Origin: Lama guanicoe
Lineage: Eukaryota
DNA: 64,000 bases
NCBI GenBank assembly: GCA_013239625.1
Contig: MU054338.1
Location: 3,433,371-3,497,370, forward strand
Direction of reading: 5' to 3'
Shown here: positions 34,320 through 47,460 of the stretch, piece by piece
Position numbering within the stretch: the stretch's first letter is position 1
Layout of the letters: every line of letters begins with the position of its first letter
Notes under the pieces: model-generated
The model's input: only the letters and a program-made list of their open reading frames with translations
Database searches by the model: none
Told to the model about the DNA's origin: nothing
Made by a program: the position numbers and the translations under genes

Positions 34320-35285
34320 CAACAATCTGCTTGAAATCAAAGGCCTGGATCAAAGCTTTATGCACTTGAAACTAATTGAAGAGGAACCTGAATTTGCCCA
34401 GAGAGTTAAAGTTATCTAAGTAAGTCTGAATTCACCCACCTGCTTTAAAACCCGGGCCTGGATTCAGGATCCTTGTGCTCACAAGTAACTGAATGAACTT
34501 TCTCAAGTGTGTTTGCAATCAGGGAAGGAGACCTGAGTCCATGGTGTTAATACGTTAATGGGGAGAATTTTCAAACGTGTTTGAAATCAGAGGTCTAAAG
34601 GAAAACCTCAAAGGCCTACAAATAAAGTTGAGGTTGAAATGCCTCCAGTGTGTTTGAAATCCAAAGCTTGGATCAAAGAATTTGTTGGTCACTAGTGAAT
34701 AAGAATTTAAAGAGGTCAGTTTTCTCAAGCATATGTAAAAACCACAGGCCCAAATGAAAGGCCTTGGTGCCCACAAGTAAATGAAAATAGGGCTGATGTC
34801 CCCCCAGTTTGAAATTACAGGCCCAGCTGAAACACTTCATTTTCCTACAAACGTGCAAAAATGAATGAACCTTCTCAGGAATATCTGAACGCATAGGGCA
34901 CTACAGCCAGTGCCCATGAGTAAATGAAAATGTGGCCCAGGTTTCCCCAAGGATCTGAAACCACAGGCCTAGGGAAAAAAAAATCTTCATTTTCTCAAGT
35001 AAATGAAGTCAAGAAAACATCTCTAAGCGTGTTTGAAATCACGGGCCTTGCTTAAAAAACTTGAGTACCCATGAACAAACCAAAATGAGGCAGAGGTTTC
35101 CACGATACGTTTGAAATCAAAGGCCTGGATCAAAGTCCTCATTTTCACAAGTAAATAAAACTGCGTGAACATCCGTAAGTATGCTGGCATCACAGGCTTA
35201 GATCCTGTGATTTGTTGACCATGAGTAAATGAAGATGCGTGAATATCTCTAAGTGTGTTTGAATCACAGGTTTTGATCAGAGTCT
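34320..35285. repeat. Degenerate ~75-bp tandem repeat (~13 units), AT-rich
   Basis: Recurrent gtttgaaatca(c/a)aggcctggatcaaag ... cacaagtaaatgaa. The gaaatc core is at 34333, 34583, 34656, 35035 and 35113. Confidence 0.8.
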
Positions 35286-36050
35286 GTGGCACCAGGAGTC
35301 CAAAAATCCAGTCCAAGGTCCCAAGCAGACCCCTCCTCCCAGCTTTGTCTGTGGTCGTCCCACAGAAGTGACAGGGACCCACAGATTGGGAAACTCTCTC
35401 TGGGGGCTGTGGACTAGGGTTCTATCCCTGCACACCACCTCCTGCTCCCTGCCAGCCTGAAGGCTCCAGGGACGCAGGCAGACAGGTATCACTGGAGGCC
35501 CAGAGAGGGCACAGAGCCTGCTCTAGGTCACACAGCATTTCACGGCAAAGTCAATGACTCTTCCCTAAGGCTCCCACCCAGGCCTATTCTAGTCTATTCT
35601 CTGAGGCAGAGACCCTGAGTCTGCTTGTCTCTCTGTTTCCTCAGGCTGGACCCCTCCCCACCAGATCAAAGCTTCAGGGCTGGAAGGCCCCCTGTGCACA
35701 CTTATTGTACAGATGGGAAAACCGAGGCTAGAGACAGACAAGGGCTGCGTACAGAGCAGAGGTCAGAAGCCCAGCTCCCAGTGCTCTGGGTGGGCTTGGG
35801 AGGCGCTGCCCCTTCCTGAGGACACAACCCCCTGACTGCAGCCAGGTGACCCAGGAGCCACCATGGCCACACTCAGCCCCCAGCCATGGAAAGTGACATA
35901 GACACAGAGACTGCACCGACACTGGGTGAGGTGGCAAGGAGGAGATATGTGGAGGAGGGGCCTGGGGCAGCCCCCTGTGGAGCCTAGGGGGCCGGGTGGG
36001 CAGTGAGCGAGAGCGTGAGTGGGTGGGTGGGTGAGGAAAGAGCCTCTTAC

Positions 36051-36068
36051 CTCGGATCGGAGTGCTTT
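36051..36068 (-). CDS. PTPRS: PTPRS 18-nt microexon meA6 (E-S-T-P-I-R)
   Basis: CTCTGCTTCCCTTACAG|AAAGCACTCCGATCCGAG|GTAAGA. Phase 1-1. Confidence 0.92.
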
Positions 36069-37848
36069 CTGTAAGGGAAGCAGAGAGAGTCAGGTGAAAG
36101 TCAGAAGGCAGTCCTAGGGGGCCGGGGGGGCCCCAGGGAGGCGGGGCCGGGCCACGAGCCAGGCCTGTTCACTCTGCCCCAGGGCTGGGAGGGGGCGGAG
36201 GCAGCCCTGAGCCTACGGGCCCTGCAGGCCTTGCTGAGGAAGGCGAGGCAATGCTCCAAGGAGCAGGATGGGGTCTGAGGGCTGGCCAATCAGAAGGGCT
36301 TCCTGGAGGAGGTGAGAATCTCTTGGAGAAGTCTAGCAGCCCCTCTGGACTGGCCTGAGGGGCATGGCTATGGCCCTAGGAGGTCCATGGCCTGGCGTGG
36401 CCTCGTCGGCTGCCTTCCTTCAGGGCTGAGGGAGGTCCATGACCTTCCCTCCTACTTTCCTTCTTGGAAGGGACAGGGAATAATGGGGGTCTCAGGGAAT
36501 CTTGTTAGAGACGGCGGAGAGGGGTTAGTGCCCCAGGGCCGGGCATTAATAAAGCAAAGGGCAGGTGTTACAGACAGGCCAAGGAGGAGGGACGGGGAGG
36601 GCAGTGAAAGGGGACAGAGGGCAGAGGGAAGGCCCTGCAGCCTTCTTAACTTCCAAAAGGAAAAGAGGAAGAGGACCTGCACGTGTCTCCACGGGTGCTG
36701 GGGGCAGGGCTGCTCAGGAAACCGGAAAAGGTGGCCCCAGGCTGGAATTTCGCACCCTCAGCTCATCTTCCCAGGGGAGACCTGGGGCCCTTCTCTCTCT
36801 GCCGATAGCTGATAACCCCACTGAGGACATGGGCATCCCACGGTCAGGGCAGAGAAGCTGCTGAGGATGATAAAACACAGTTCTTTCCTGCCTGGCCCAG
36901 ATCCATTTTGCAGATGGGCAAACTGAGGCCCATCAGGGGCCATGAGTCAGAGGTGGGGGGTGGAGGGGCTTAAACCCAGCTCTCCAGCTTCCCAGGCTGG
37001 GGCCCCTCCAGCCTGAACTTTTTGGGGCCTTATGTTATCTCTTACAAAATCCCCGACCTGATGGGGCCACTCCTCCTCCTCACAAGGCAGGAGGAGGCAG
37101 GATGGGAATTTGCCTAAGGCTGCACTGTGGAGAGCGAAAATCCAGGTCAGTAGGAATCTAGGTCGGCTCCTGCTTGGGCTGCTTCACTGCACTTGGACTA
37201 TGATGACAGAAGCCAGAGGCCAAAGGACAGAACTTCCCAAGGTGGTCAAACAACCTATGGCTAACATACTGAGAGGAAAGGATATACCTCTTGGGTATTA
37301 AAGGTAAAGAGTGACTATCTTGGGCCAATATCAGTCATTCTCACCTTAGTAAGAATTAGCCCAGCAGTTGGTTTCAGGGGATTTGGGCTGGATGCTGGGA
37401 AAAGAGGATGCGACTTGCCCAGGACTAGCCCAGCTGGAACATTCCCCTCTCCCCCTAGACCCAGCCCCCAAACTTCTATAATTTCACCACTTTCCAGCAG
37501 TGTCAAGGCCCAGAATAGGGCAGTATGACTATTATGTGTGAAGCTCCCCTGGCCCAAGGATACCCTGGTTTTCCTGCAGCTCCCATTGTGGGGTCTGGCC
37601 GGCCCCTTGTGGCTATGTCTTTTTTCCTCTTTTCCTTTTGGGCTCCTCTCTCTGCAGCCCCCTGGTGCCCGGGTGGGGAAGGCTGGGCAGCCGGAGACGG
37701 GGTTGGTGAGGGGACGCGTTAGTAAACATGCCACGTGGAGTGGGTCACAGTTACTGTCACAGTGGCTGTTAGTCTGAGGGGAAAGGACGGGGGTGTGGAC
37801 ACAGGAGGGGGGCGTTAGTTGTTGACGTGGTGAAGAAATTAAACTTAC

Positions 37849-37857
37849 CAAAGGTTT
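37849..37857 (-). CDS. PTPRS: PTPRS 9-nt microexon meA3 (E-T-F)
   Basis: GTTCAG|AAACCTTTG|GTAAGT after a long pyrimidine tract. Phase 1-1. Gives RS-ETF-E. Confidence 0.9.
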
Positions 37858-39774
37858 CTGAACGTTTACAACGGAGGGACAAGAAAAAAGAACAGGAACA
37901 TTAATGGGTGGTTATGCAGAAGCCTGTATCCTCATGGGGGTGGGAGGGGAGGTCAGAATAGTAATCAGATTGACTATGATGAGTAAAGCAGCTGATGCTC
38001 TCTGCGCACTCGGTACGTGCCCAGCAGCCCTCAGGGGCCCCTCACAATAACGCTAGGGAGTGGGCATGTTTCATGAGGACACTGAGACCCGAGAGGAGGA
38101 CATGCTCTAAGACACAGTGGACACTGAGCTCCATGCTCTTAATTATTTCACTGCATCGGGGCTACGATGGTGGAAACCAGCAGGGAAGCAACTGGATTCC
38201 CAAGGCTGCCATCGCTCCTCCGGCGGAACCCCCAAGCTGCGGACATCCTCAGATAGGTCGGGACAGGGAAGGCTACGTCTCTCCCCAGGGCGAGGGCCGG
38301 GTCTCTCCAGGGAAGCAATTCTGGGCTTAATGTCTGCCCCTTTTCAGGGTTTGGGTCTTGGCTGGGGGGGAGCAGGAAGCAGAGGGTGGGCAGACAGACT
38401 CCTTGGAGGACGAGGCTGAGCAGTGGGTGGTGGGGGACTGCGCTGAGAACGGGGAGGCCTTCAGGCAGGGGTGGCTCCAGGGCGGGGTCCTCAGAGGAAG
38501 GGGAGGGAGGAAGAAGGAGGTGCACTAACACGTGTACTCACGGTGGGCTGAAACACGTGTGAGTGCACAAGAGAGCATCTCGACCACACACGTGTCTGCA
38601 CATACAAGGACCAGCTTGAGACGTGTGCACAGGAGGGACTGTCACGTGGAGACACGTGTGGCCGAGATGCACATGGATAAGCTTTCCTCTGGGAGGGGAA
38701 AGGCGACCCGTGTGCTGGTGGCATGCCTGTGTGTGCCCACACACGGGAAGCAGGTCAGGACACACGGGGGGCCCAGACACGCACACACGGACGTTCGTGA
38801 AGCAGTGGGACAACCAACACAATGCACATACAGCCCCCAAGACATACGGACTCACAGAAGGGGCACAGGGGTGCTATGCCGAGACACAACTGTGGAAGCA
38901 CCCAGCTCCAAGGTGGCCAAGGCCTTGGGTTCTGTCTCCAGGTCCTCCCTAGCCCGGCCGGGACCTGGACAAATTGCCCCATCACAGGCAGTCCTCCACC
39001 ACCACCCTCTCCCTGTCTTTGCCTCCATCACGTCCTTATGACCTCAGTCTTGCAGACACTCTCTCTGCAGCTCTCCATGGCTCCCCATTAACTTACCTGT
39101 CTATGCCCACTATCCCAGCTTTAGCACTGGAAATCCTCTTTGCCTTAGCCTGCCCTCTACTCCTACTCATCCGGACACTATTATATCCTCACTGGACAAG
39201 CCTACTGCTTCAGCACAGAAAATGCTCTCCCTCTGCCACCCCCCAAGGCTCCCCGTTATCTGACTGTGCCCCGTTATATAGCCAGTGCTTAGACAGTGAA
39301 GGTGGCCTTCCCTTGCCACCCTGCAAGGCTCCCCATCACCTGTCTGTCTGTCCCCTGGTGTCCCCACTGCTGGGGCCCTGGAGATCCCCACCATCCTCTG
39401 TGGTTTTCCATCACCTCAGCTACCTGCACCTCATCAGGACCTCACTTAGGTACCAGAGACACTCTGTCCCTATGGCCTCTGGAGCTCCCTAGCATTGTGC
39501 GTATCTGGGTCCATTATATCCCCACTCAGGCACTAAAGAACCCTCCTCCTACCATCCACCATAGCTCCCTATTACCCCTGCCTGTCTGCACCCTATTATA
39601 TCCCTACTGATTCTGCTCTGAAGACACTCTCCCTCAACGCCAACACCCTCCATGGCTGCACACTAGCTCTGCTTTCCTATTCTTCATTAGTCCTCGGGGC
39701 TTGGGCCCTGGAGACACTGCCTGCTCTTTGCTGTCCTCTGTGGCTCCCACGTCCTCCTGGCCACCTGCACTTAC

Positions 39775-39963
39775 CTGATCGCAGCTGCTTGATGCGCCCG
39801 TTGCTGGCGCTGGGGTCCACGGGCAAGAAGTCCTTGAACCAGGTGATCTCGGGGTCAGGGTTGCCGCTGGCAGCACACAGCATAGTTGCTGTCCGCGTCC
39901 GCTCCACCACCTTCAGCTGGGGGCCCATGTCGATGTTGGGGAAACCAGGGGGCAGCTGGTCCT
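39775..39963 (-). CDS. PTPRS: PTPRS exon 5 (Ig2)
   Basis: [63 protein letters not shown]. 189 nt. Donor CAG|GTAAGT. Confidence 0.97.
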
Positions 39964-41214
39964 CTGAGGGTAGAGACAGGAAAAGCAAAGCCGAGGCCCA
40001 GTCACTGCAGGGCCATCCCTCCAGGGTGGGGCTCGGGGGCAGGATGGCCCTGGTCCAGCCCCTGCCTGGCTGGGGGACCTCCCATAGCCTGTTTCCTCCT
40101 CTGTTCATGGGAAGGACCACTCTCATGTGGGGGAGCCATCGGAAGGACACCAGGCGAGACCGGCGCCTCTCGCTCGGGGCAATCCTTCCCCTCCTCAGGG
40201 GACTGGGCTGTATCTGGGGGCATCTATGGCTGTCATGAGTTGGGGGAAGGCTCCTGGCATCAAATGGGGAGCAGCCAGGGGGGCTGCTCCACACCCCACA
40301 GTGCCCAAGACGGTCCCCCAGAGAATGATCTGACTCCACGTCAGCAGTGGTGGGGCTACAAAACCCTTGCGTTACTGCACAGCAGTTCAGAGGGAGCTTT
40401 TCAAATTTGAAACAGGGCCACATCACACTCCTGCTGCTGGTCCTGCCATGGTCCCCACCACCCTCTGTAGGAACACAGGCCCCTCGCCAGTGCTGGCCCC
40501 CGCAAGCCGCAGCAGCCCGATCTCACACCAGCCTCATGTTTCTCACCTTTTCTGACTCACCACACTGGCCACCTTGCTCCCCAAAGTCCTTGCTCCCTCC
40601 TGCATCACCCCTCAATGACTCAGGCACATCCTCTGGGCGAGCTCACGGCCCCAAGTTATAAGTCCCCCTGGACTCCAGAACAACTGAGCTTCGAACTCCA
40701 CGGATCACAACGTTATCTGTGTCCCCACAGTGTCCCTATCACCCCATTCAGGTCCCGGCACACAGTAGGTGCTTAATAACTGTGTGCATGACTCAGCCCC
40801 AGTTACTGCCAACCCCTCCAGGCCTGAGTCTCCCTGTTTGCTGGCCAGCGTCTAGGTAGAGGCGGTTAGGACACAAGGAGACATTGCCCCTCCCTCAAGA
40901 CTCTTGGTCCCCATGTTCGAGGGACTGACAAGAATGTGGGTCTGGCCTGAGCCAGGTGGGCTTCATTCATGTCCTCTGCAAACTGCACCGTGGGCTCCGT
41001 GGCTGGACTCAGCTGGAGCCGGTGCTGGGGGTGGAGGGATGTGGGGGGAGCAGCTGGAGGGCCTCCCGCCAGGTGTCTCCCCCTCCAGTACCTGGCTCCA
41101 GGTTCCTTTTGCTCTGACCCCTAACACCCCCAGCTCCGGTCTGGCCTGTCATCCACAATGGACAAAGGGTCCCCTGGGTTGGGGCAGGCTTCCTCAGCTA
41201 AAATTAAAACAGCC

Positions 41215-41560
41215 ACTGGCTGTTTATGTGTCCTCTGCCCCAAATTCATATGTCGAAGTCCTAACACTCAGGACCTCAGAATTAGACCTTAGCTGGGCAC
41301 CATAAGGCGAGAGGAGGTATCAGGGTGGCCCTAATGCAACATGACTGGTGTTCTCACAAGGAAGAGGTGAGGACCTAGGCGCACAGAGTGGAGACCATGT
41401 GAGGACACAGGAGAAGACACACATGTTCAAGCCATGAAGGGAAGGAAGCCTCAGGAGGGACCAACCCTGCAGACTCTTTGCTCTTGGGCCTCCAGCCGCT
41501 AGGACTGTGAAAAGACGTGATGTATGCCGCCCAGGCTGCAGGACTCTCTTACAGCCGCCC
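41215..41560 (+). mobile_element. MaLR solo LTR (MLT1-like)
   Basis: cccaaattcatatgtcgaagtcctaac...gggtggccctaat...gaccatgtgaggacacaggagaagac...cctccagccgctaggactgtga. Confidence 0.7.
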
Positions 41561-41999
41561 TGGAAGACGAACACAGTCCCCGCCCCAGCCCTGACGGACA
41601 AGCGACAAAAAAGTGATCACATACAATGCTGACGGGATGGAGGAGAAACAGGAGTGCTCGCCTGCAGCCGGCACGATGGCTCGTTGGTGTTGGTACAGTG
41701 GGACCAGGAGGGGCGACCTGGTGCCATTCACCTGACACCCTCCCCGAACCTGCAGCTCAGCGGCTGGCTCCCTGGGCCTGTGCCCTAAAGGAGGAAGGCA
41801 GGGGAGTCCTGAGGCGCTAACAGCAGCAGCGGAAAGCTGGAGGCCACCCAAACACCCGTCAGCAGAGACTCATCACAGACAGGCCAGGCTGTCCATGGGA
41901 CGGCTCCCCAAACAAGCAGAGAGAATCGCCTTACGGATTTGGAACAAAGTCCAAGATGCATTGTTAAGGGGACAGAGTTCAAAATCGAAGATGGTGTGG

Positions 42000-42215
42000 A
42001 CCCAGGATCAAAAACTACAGCCCCACGGCCCAATCAGGCCTCCTGCCTGCTTTTGTTGATAAAGTTTTATTGGCACATGGCCACGCCCCTTGGTTTCCTC
42101 GTCATCAACAGTGGCTTTCCTGAACTGAGAAGTTTCAACGGAGACCATCTGGCCTGCAGAATCAAAAATATTTACTCTCGGGCACTTTGCAGAAGCAGCT
42201 TGCCACCTCCAGGTA
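42000..42215 (+). mobile_element. MER58A-like MITE
   Basis: aaaactacagccccacggcccaatc...ataaagttttattggcacatggccacgccc...aaaatatttactc. Confidence 0.7.
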
Positions 42216-44409
42216 TAGACAATGCTGCTATGTGTATGAAAAGGAAATAATACATGTGTATTTGCTTACAGATGTCCAGGAGGTGCACTAGGCATGGTGT
42301 GGGGATTGGGGGATGGACAAGGCGGCTGGGGAAGAGGAGCCTGGGCCGCATCACTGGGTTTCCCTAGTTAAATAAGAGAGCTATGGTTCCCGTCCACGGA
42401 GGGGTCACTTCGTGGAGGAAGACAGCCCAGTTCCAAGTCCTGAGCACTAACTATGGACCAGGCACTGTAAGGCAGCTTCCTGCGCCCTCCTCAGAGATGG
42501 GACCTATTTCATAGAAGGGGAAACTGAGGCTCGACAGACGCACACCTGCCCAGGATCATACAGCCAAGACACAGCAAGGCTGGGATTTGAATCCAGGCCT
42601 GGCTGAGCCTGGAGAAAGCTGGATGGGGCTGGTGGCTGCAAAACCCCCAGACCCAGCCTGGACCCATCGGGGTCTGAGTGGGTGGCCTATCTGAGCGGGT
42701 TCAAGCCTGCTGTGTTCCTTCCCAGCCCAGGCCTGGGCCACCCCACCTGTGGTTCTGATTGGCTACTGATGACATCATCGGGGGTTAGGGCCAAAACCAC
42801 CGGGCCTCAATTCTTGGTGCTCCAAGCTGGCCTGAACGTGCTGGCGTCCCTCTGTGAGCCTGTTGTGCACGGGTGCACATGTGCGTGCACCTGAGCTCAC
42901 CAGCACCCCACGTGAGCACTTCCTCCGTGTGTGCGGCCCCCAGCGGGTGGGGTTGGGGGCTGTGAGCGCATGCCGGGCAGCAGCCAGCCAGGGTGGGGGA
43001 GGCCGCGGCCGCCTGACGTTACAGAGAGCTCCTAATTAAACAAAAATGTTCATCGAGTACCACATTGTGCCCGATTCCTCGGAGTTTAATTAAAACAACA
43101 GCACGGGAGGCATGAGCAGGGTCCACAATCAGATGGTGGCCTAGGAAGTGAGGCAGGGAGCTGGGCCCCGGCCGCCCAGACCTCCCCGCTCAGCCAGGGG
43201 TCCCTGGGACTCCGGGCCCCGAGGAAGGGGATACAGGGGGGCCAGGCGCTCCGGGTCAAACGCTCTGGGCTGGGCGCCCAGGCCAAGCACCACGTCCTCC
43301 TAAGCGGCCCAAGAATAGAGAGATGCTGAGGGCCTTGATGGGGGCAGGGAGCGGGATGCATCTTTCCCAGACTCCTGGGGACTGGGCGGTTAATAGATTC
43401 ACAGCTTGTCCTTTTAACTCTCTGAGCGCTTACAATGGAGGCTGGCACGGGGGGCAGCGGGAGGCAGGCTGTTCTGTCTGTGCCCGGGGAAGGTCACTGC
43501 GAAAATATCTGCTGGGAAGGGGCGGGGCGGGCTGGGGCGCGTGGACTCCTCCCCCTTCCCGCCTCCTCCCCCTTCCCGCCTCCTCCCTCCATCCACCAGC
43601 CGGACCGGCTCCAGGACCCACGCGAAACGAAACTATGGGACCTCTTGTTTAAAAATGACTAGGACTTTTCAGGAGGCAATGGCAGAGCCTTCTGAGTGTG
43701 GATGCACACCAGGGTCTGGGACAAAGTACCCCCGCGGCCAGTGCGATGACTGCTCGCAGGGCTCCCAGCTGACCACGGGAGGATGCTGGAAGGCTCCTAA
43801 CCTGGGAGCCACACGTGGGGGCCACCTGCCCTCTAATGGCTGGCTGTGGCTTGTACTTATAGATCAGAGAGGGTCAGGGTGGCCCTGCAGGCGACAGGCA
43901 GAACCCAGCCACCCACCTGACAGCTGCAGAAGGGCTGGTGGCAGCTGTCCTATTACAACTAGAATAATAATGATGGTGATAATAATACCAGAAGGTAGGA
44001 TCCACCAAATGCTTGTTCCCCACGTGGCACCGCATCTGTATCGTCCACTCAAGCGGCTCATGTCACACTCCCTTGGGGTAACTGGCATTATTATCCCAAT
44101 GAGGAAACTGCAGCTCAGAGAGGCTCATTAACTTGCCCTAGGTCACACAGCTACAGGGTGGCAGCTCCAGGATGTGAACCCCAGTTGAAGCCCCTGGGTT
44201 ACAATGGACAAGGCAGTAGGGAGCAGCCAGGGGGAGGGGTGGTGGGAGGGAGAGGGGCGGGTTTGTGGCGAGACTGGTGAGACTGTCTGAACGATGCTGC
44301 TTTACAATAAGGAAGCAATCTCCTGGTGGCCCGCAACCCACCTGAGTGAGGCCAGCAGGCAGCCCCCACAAAGGTTCCACGTGAATGTGTGGGCAGGTAG
44401 CATTAGCTG

Positions 44410-44850
44410 TTTCTGCCTAGCCAGCCTCTAACCCTCCTCCGTTCCTTTGGGGAAACCACCACTTACTGACCCCATCTACGTGCTGACACGCCCCTGGCTC
44501 CAGGGAGGACTCTGCCAACCAGAGTATCTGTTCCTCCTGCCCGAGTGACCGGCTCAGGGGTAACCACCTGACCCAAGCGGGGCCAACGAGCAGCAGTTCT
44601 GGGGCATTCAGTCCTTTCTTTTCTGTGTTTGGGGAGGGTAGGGGGCAGAAGCCTGGAGCTAATGCGGGGAATCTCACTGAGGATACAGTTGATATGGAAG
44701 AAAACAAACCCAGAGACAGAAAGTGAGCTCTGACAACATTATGTGGGCTCTTGGATACAGCTGAACCTGAAGCTAGCTGCTCCACAGACATTTTAATTGC
44801 ATAAGCCAATGAAATCTCAGTTTGAGTTGGACCAGCCTCTTGTAATCACA
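44410..44850 (+). mobile_element. Old MaLR LTR (MLT1J/K-like)
   Basis: cctttggggaaacc...catgtgacc-like ccacctgacccaagc...ggatacagctgaacctgaagctag...taagccaatgaaat. Confidence 0.5.
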
Positions 44851-45094
44851 AAAGCACGATGAAGATGACAAATGGGCGTGATTCTAGTCCCATAGCACTC
44901 CTCTTTTCTGCAAAGGCTCAATAAACCACTCCCAGCAAGCTCTGGGCCCCAGCGGTAATATGGGCTGGAAAAAGGAGATCAATGTCCCCCCTGAAAGAAA
45001 AAATCTAAAACAAGACATTCCCTTTAGCGTTTGTCCCTGAAGTCCAGGACCCAGTTCCTCCCCGACCCCGCCCCAGGGTCCCCAACCCCAATAC

Positions 45095-45236
45095 CTCGGA
45101 GGACAGTGAGCTTGGCATGGACCGTGATCTCCCCGACGGAGTTCTGGGCCACGCACTCATACACGTTCTCGTCCCGCGGTGTCCGCAGCGGCTGGATCCT
45201 CAGCACGGCCCCTGCGCTCCCATCAAACTCGATCGT
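45095..45236 (-). CDS. PTPRS: PTPRS exon 4 (Ig1)
   Basis: [47 protein letters not shown]. 142 nt, AG/GT flanks. Confidence 0.97.
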
Positions 45237-45697
45237 CTGTTGCGGTTAGGGGAGAAGGCCGGGGTGAGGCTGGGGCCGGGGTGACAGGAGAGGAGCTGGG
45301 GGCTGTCCACCCATGTGTGTATGTCTGTGTAAACACACTGGAGGTGGAAAACCGGGTCTGTCCAAGTAAAGGGTATGGTGTGAAGTGGGCGTGTGACGCG
45401 CACACATAAATCTGTGTGACAGGCACTGTGCGAAGGGACACCGGAACGTGTGTGTCCGACCACATACATGGGTACAGAGCTGTCCTTCTCTGTGCAGCGG
45501 TGAGATAAAATTCAGAGAGAGCAGGGCATGGCTTCAAGCCACACAGCACAAAGGCGGCAGAGCAAGCGAGCCTCGCAGGGCCCTCACTGAGCAGGCAGGT
45601 GGGGTCGTAGGACAGGGAGGGGGTGGGAGAAGAGAGGTGCCCTGGCTGGACAGGGTGCCCAGCCCTAGAGGCCCACGTCCTACCTGGGGAACGTTTA

Positions 45698-45781
45698 ATT
45701 TTCTTTTTTTTTAATGGAGGTACTGGGGATTGAACTGCATGCTAAGCACACACTCCACCACTGAGCTATACCCGCCTCCCC
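45698..45781 (-). mobile_element. Short tRNA-derived SINE (same family as at 6.5 kb)
   Basis: Poly-T followed by aatggaggtactggggattgaac...tgctaagcacacactccaccactgagctataccc. Confidence 0.75.
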
Positions 45782-45883
45782 ATCATTCGGGTGAGGTCTC
45801 TCGGAAGGCTTCCATGGCCCAGGGGTGGGGCTGGCCCCGAGCTGCCTTCCCCCCACCCCGCCCTGCCGCCTGCCCCGGCTCAC

Positions 45884-46029
45884 CTCAAAGCGCTGGGAAT
45901 TGACTTTCTTGCCCTTCTTGTTCCAGGTCACGCGAGGCCTGGGATCTCCCGTGGCCTGACATACGAAGGAGGCCACACCCCCCGACACACCAATCTGGTC
46001 CTTGGGTTCTTTGATGAACCTGGGGGGCT
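45884..46029 (-). CDS. PTPRS: PTPRS exon 3 (Ig1, KKGKK glycosaminoglycan-binding lysine loop)
   Basis: [55 protein letters not shown]| ... GAG|GTGAG. 146 nt. Confidence 0.97.
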
Positions 46030-47385
46030 CTGGGGATAGAGCAGGAAGAGGAGGGACTCTGCTGGGCCCGGGCATGGGATCAGGACCCCCCTGGGCCCTG
46101 CAAACATGCCCACCATCCCCTGTCCGGCCACAGAGGCACCACGTGGGCCCGACAGGAGGGTTGGAGGGAGGAGGGAGGAGAAATGTTGGCATTGAACCCC
46201 TCCACCCCCACCACTGGCACCTGTGGGTACCCTGAAGCCCATCCAGCACCCCCATCTCCCCAAACCCATAAAACAGCCACACACACTCAAACGCGACACA
46301 ACCTCACGTGGGCACACCCGCTCAGACCCAGTGCCACAAGGGATGGTGGGTGGGGAGACCCCCAAGACTCTGGGGTCCCCCAAATTCAGCACCTAGAGGC
46401 CCTCAGTAATGACTGGCCAAACCCTGGAGGGTCCTTTGCCCTGAAAATAATTGAGAGAGTTGATAATGGTCTAATCCCCCGGTGGGACACATGGGGAGAC
46501 TGAGGCATCAAACAGGGAGGCAGGCAGTGACCAAGGGATCTGAGGTCAGAGCCAGCCTGCGAACCCAGGGCTCCAGCCTCTTAATCCGTGGGAGGTGTCC
46601 CAAGGGGTCCAAGCTGGAGGCTGAAGCTCAGGACGGGTGACTGGATGCCAACAACCACTAGAGCAAGTGCTTATTGAGCGCCTAGTGTATGCAGGTAGTG
46701 TACACTCAGTACATCAAATCCTCTGGCTGGTGCTGAGGGGCAGGGCCATCATAATTCTCATTTTATACATGAGAAAACTGAGGCACAGACCAGGCAAGAT
46801 ACGTGCTTCGACACACAGCCCGCCGGTGGCTGAGCGCATATCTGAACCGGGCTGGCTCCGGTGCCCGCATCCTCAGCTCCTCGTGGTGATCTGACGTGCT
46901 AAGTCTCTCCAGAAAAGTCTCAAGTGGGAGCTACCATGTCTTTAATACCTAGACAGCCTCAGGCCTCTACCTCTGGACAGGCTGCAGTAGCCAGTGAGGG
47001 TATTAGCACTGTTTCCTTTTTTTATTGACTTTTCATAGTAACCTTTGAATCGCCCAAAGGGATACCGGATTTCCATTCATAGGAATGCAACAATCTATCC
47101 CTCAAAATGAATTCAGTTACTACTGAGATTCTTGCTAAGAGACTCAAGGGCTGCAACATACTTACAAGGTCCCAAAAGAAATGACCTGTGTATCCAACCA
47201 AAGCGGGTGATTAAATGGCCACCCACAGTGTGGAATACTATGCAGCTATAAAAGGGACAAAGGATACCTTTGTAATAAACTACTAGGGAAGGAATAGCAA
47301 GATATAAAGTGGACAAAAAATGAGGGATAAAAAAGTGCAGCAAATGCTTCTGTTTGTGTGATGAGAAAAGTGAAAATGGGAAAAG

Positions 47386-47412
47386 TGTGAGTGAGTGAGT
47401 GAGTACGTGTGA

Positions 47413-47458
<46 letters not shown>
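47386..47458. repeat. (GAGT)n-(GT)n compound microsatellite within an old L1 fragment
   Basis: Direct reading. The flanking gtggaatactatgcagctataaaa is L1-like. Confidence 0.9.

Positions 47459-47460
<2 letters not shown>

Noticed and set aside
45095..46029. Ig1 substitutions relative to recalled human sequence (GDPR vs GDPK, FDGS vs FDES)
   Set aside because: Isolated changes. The KKGKK loop and cysteines are intact, and the comparison is from memory only.
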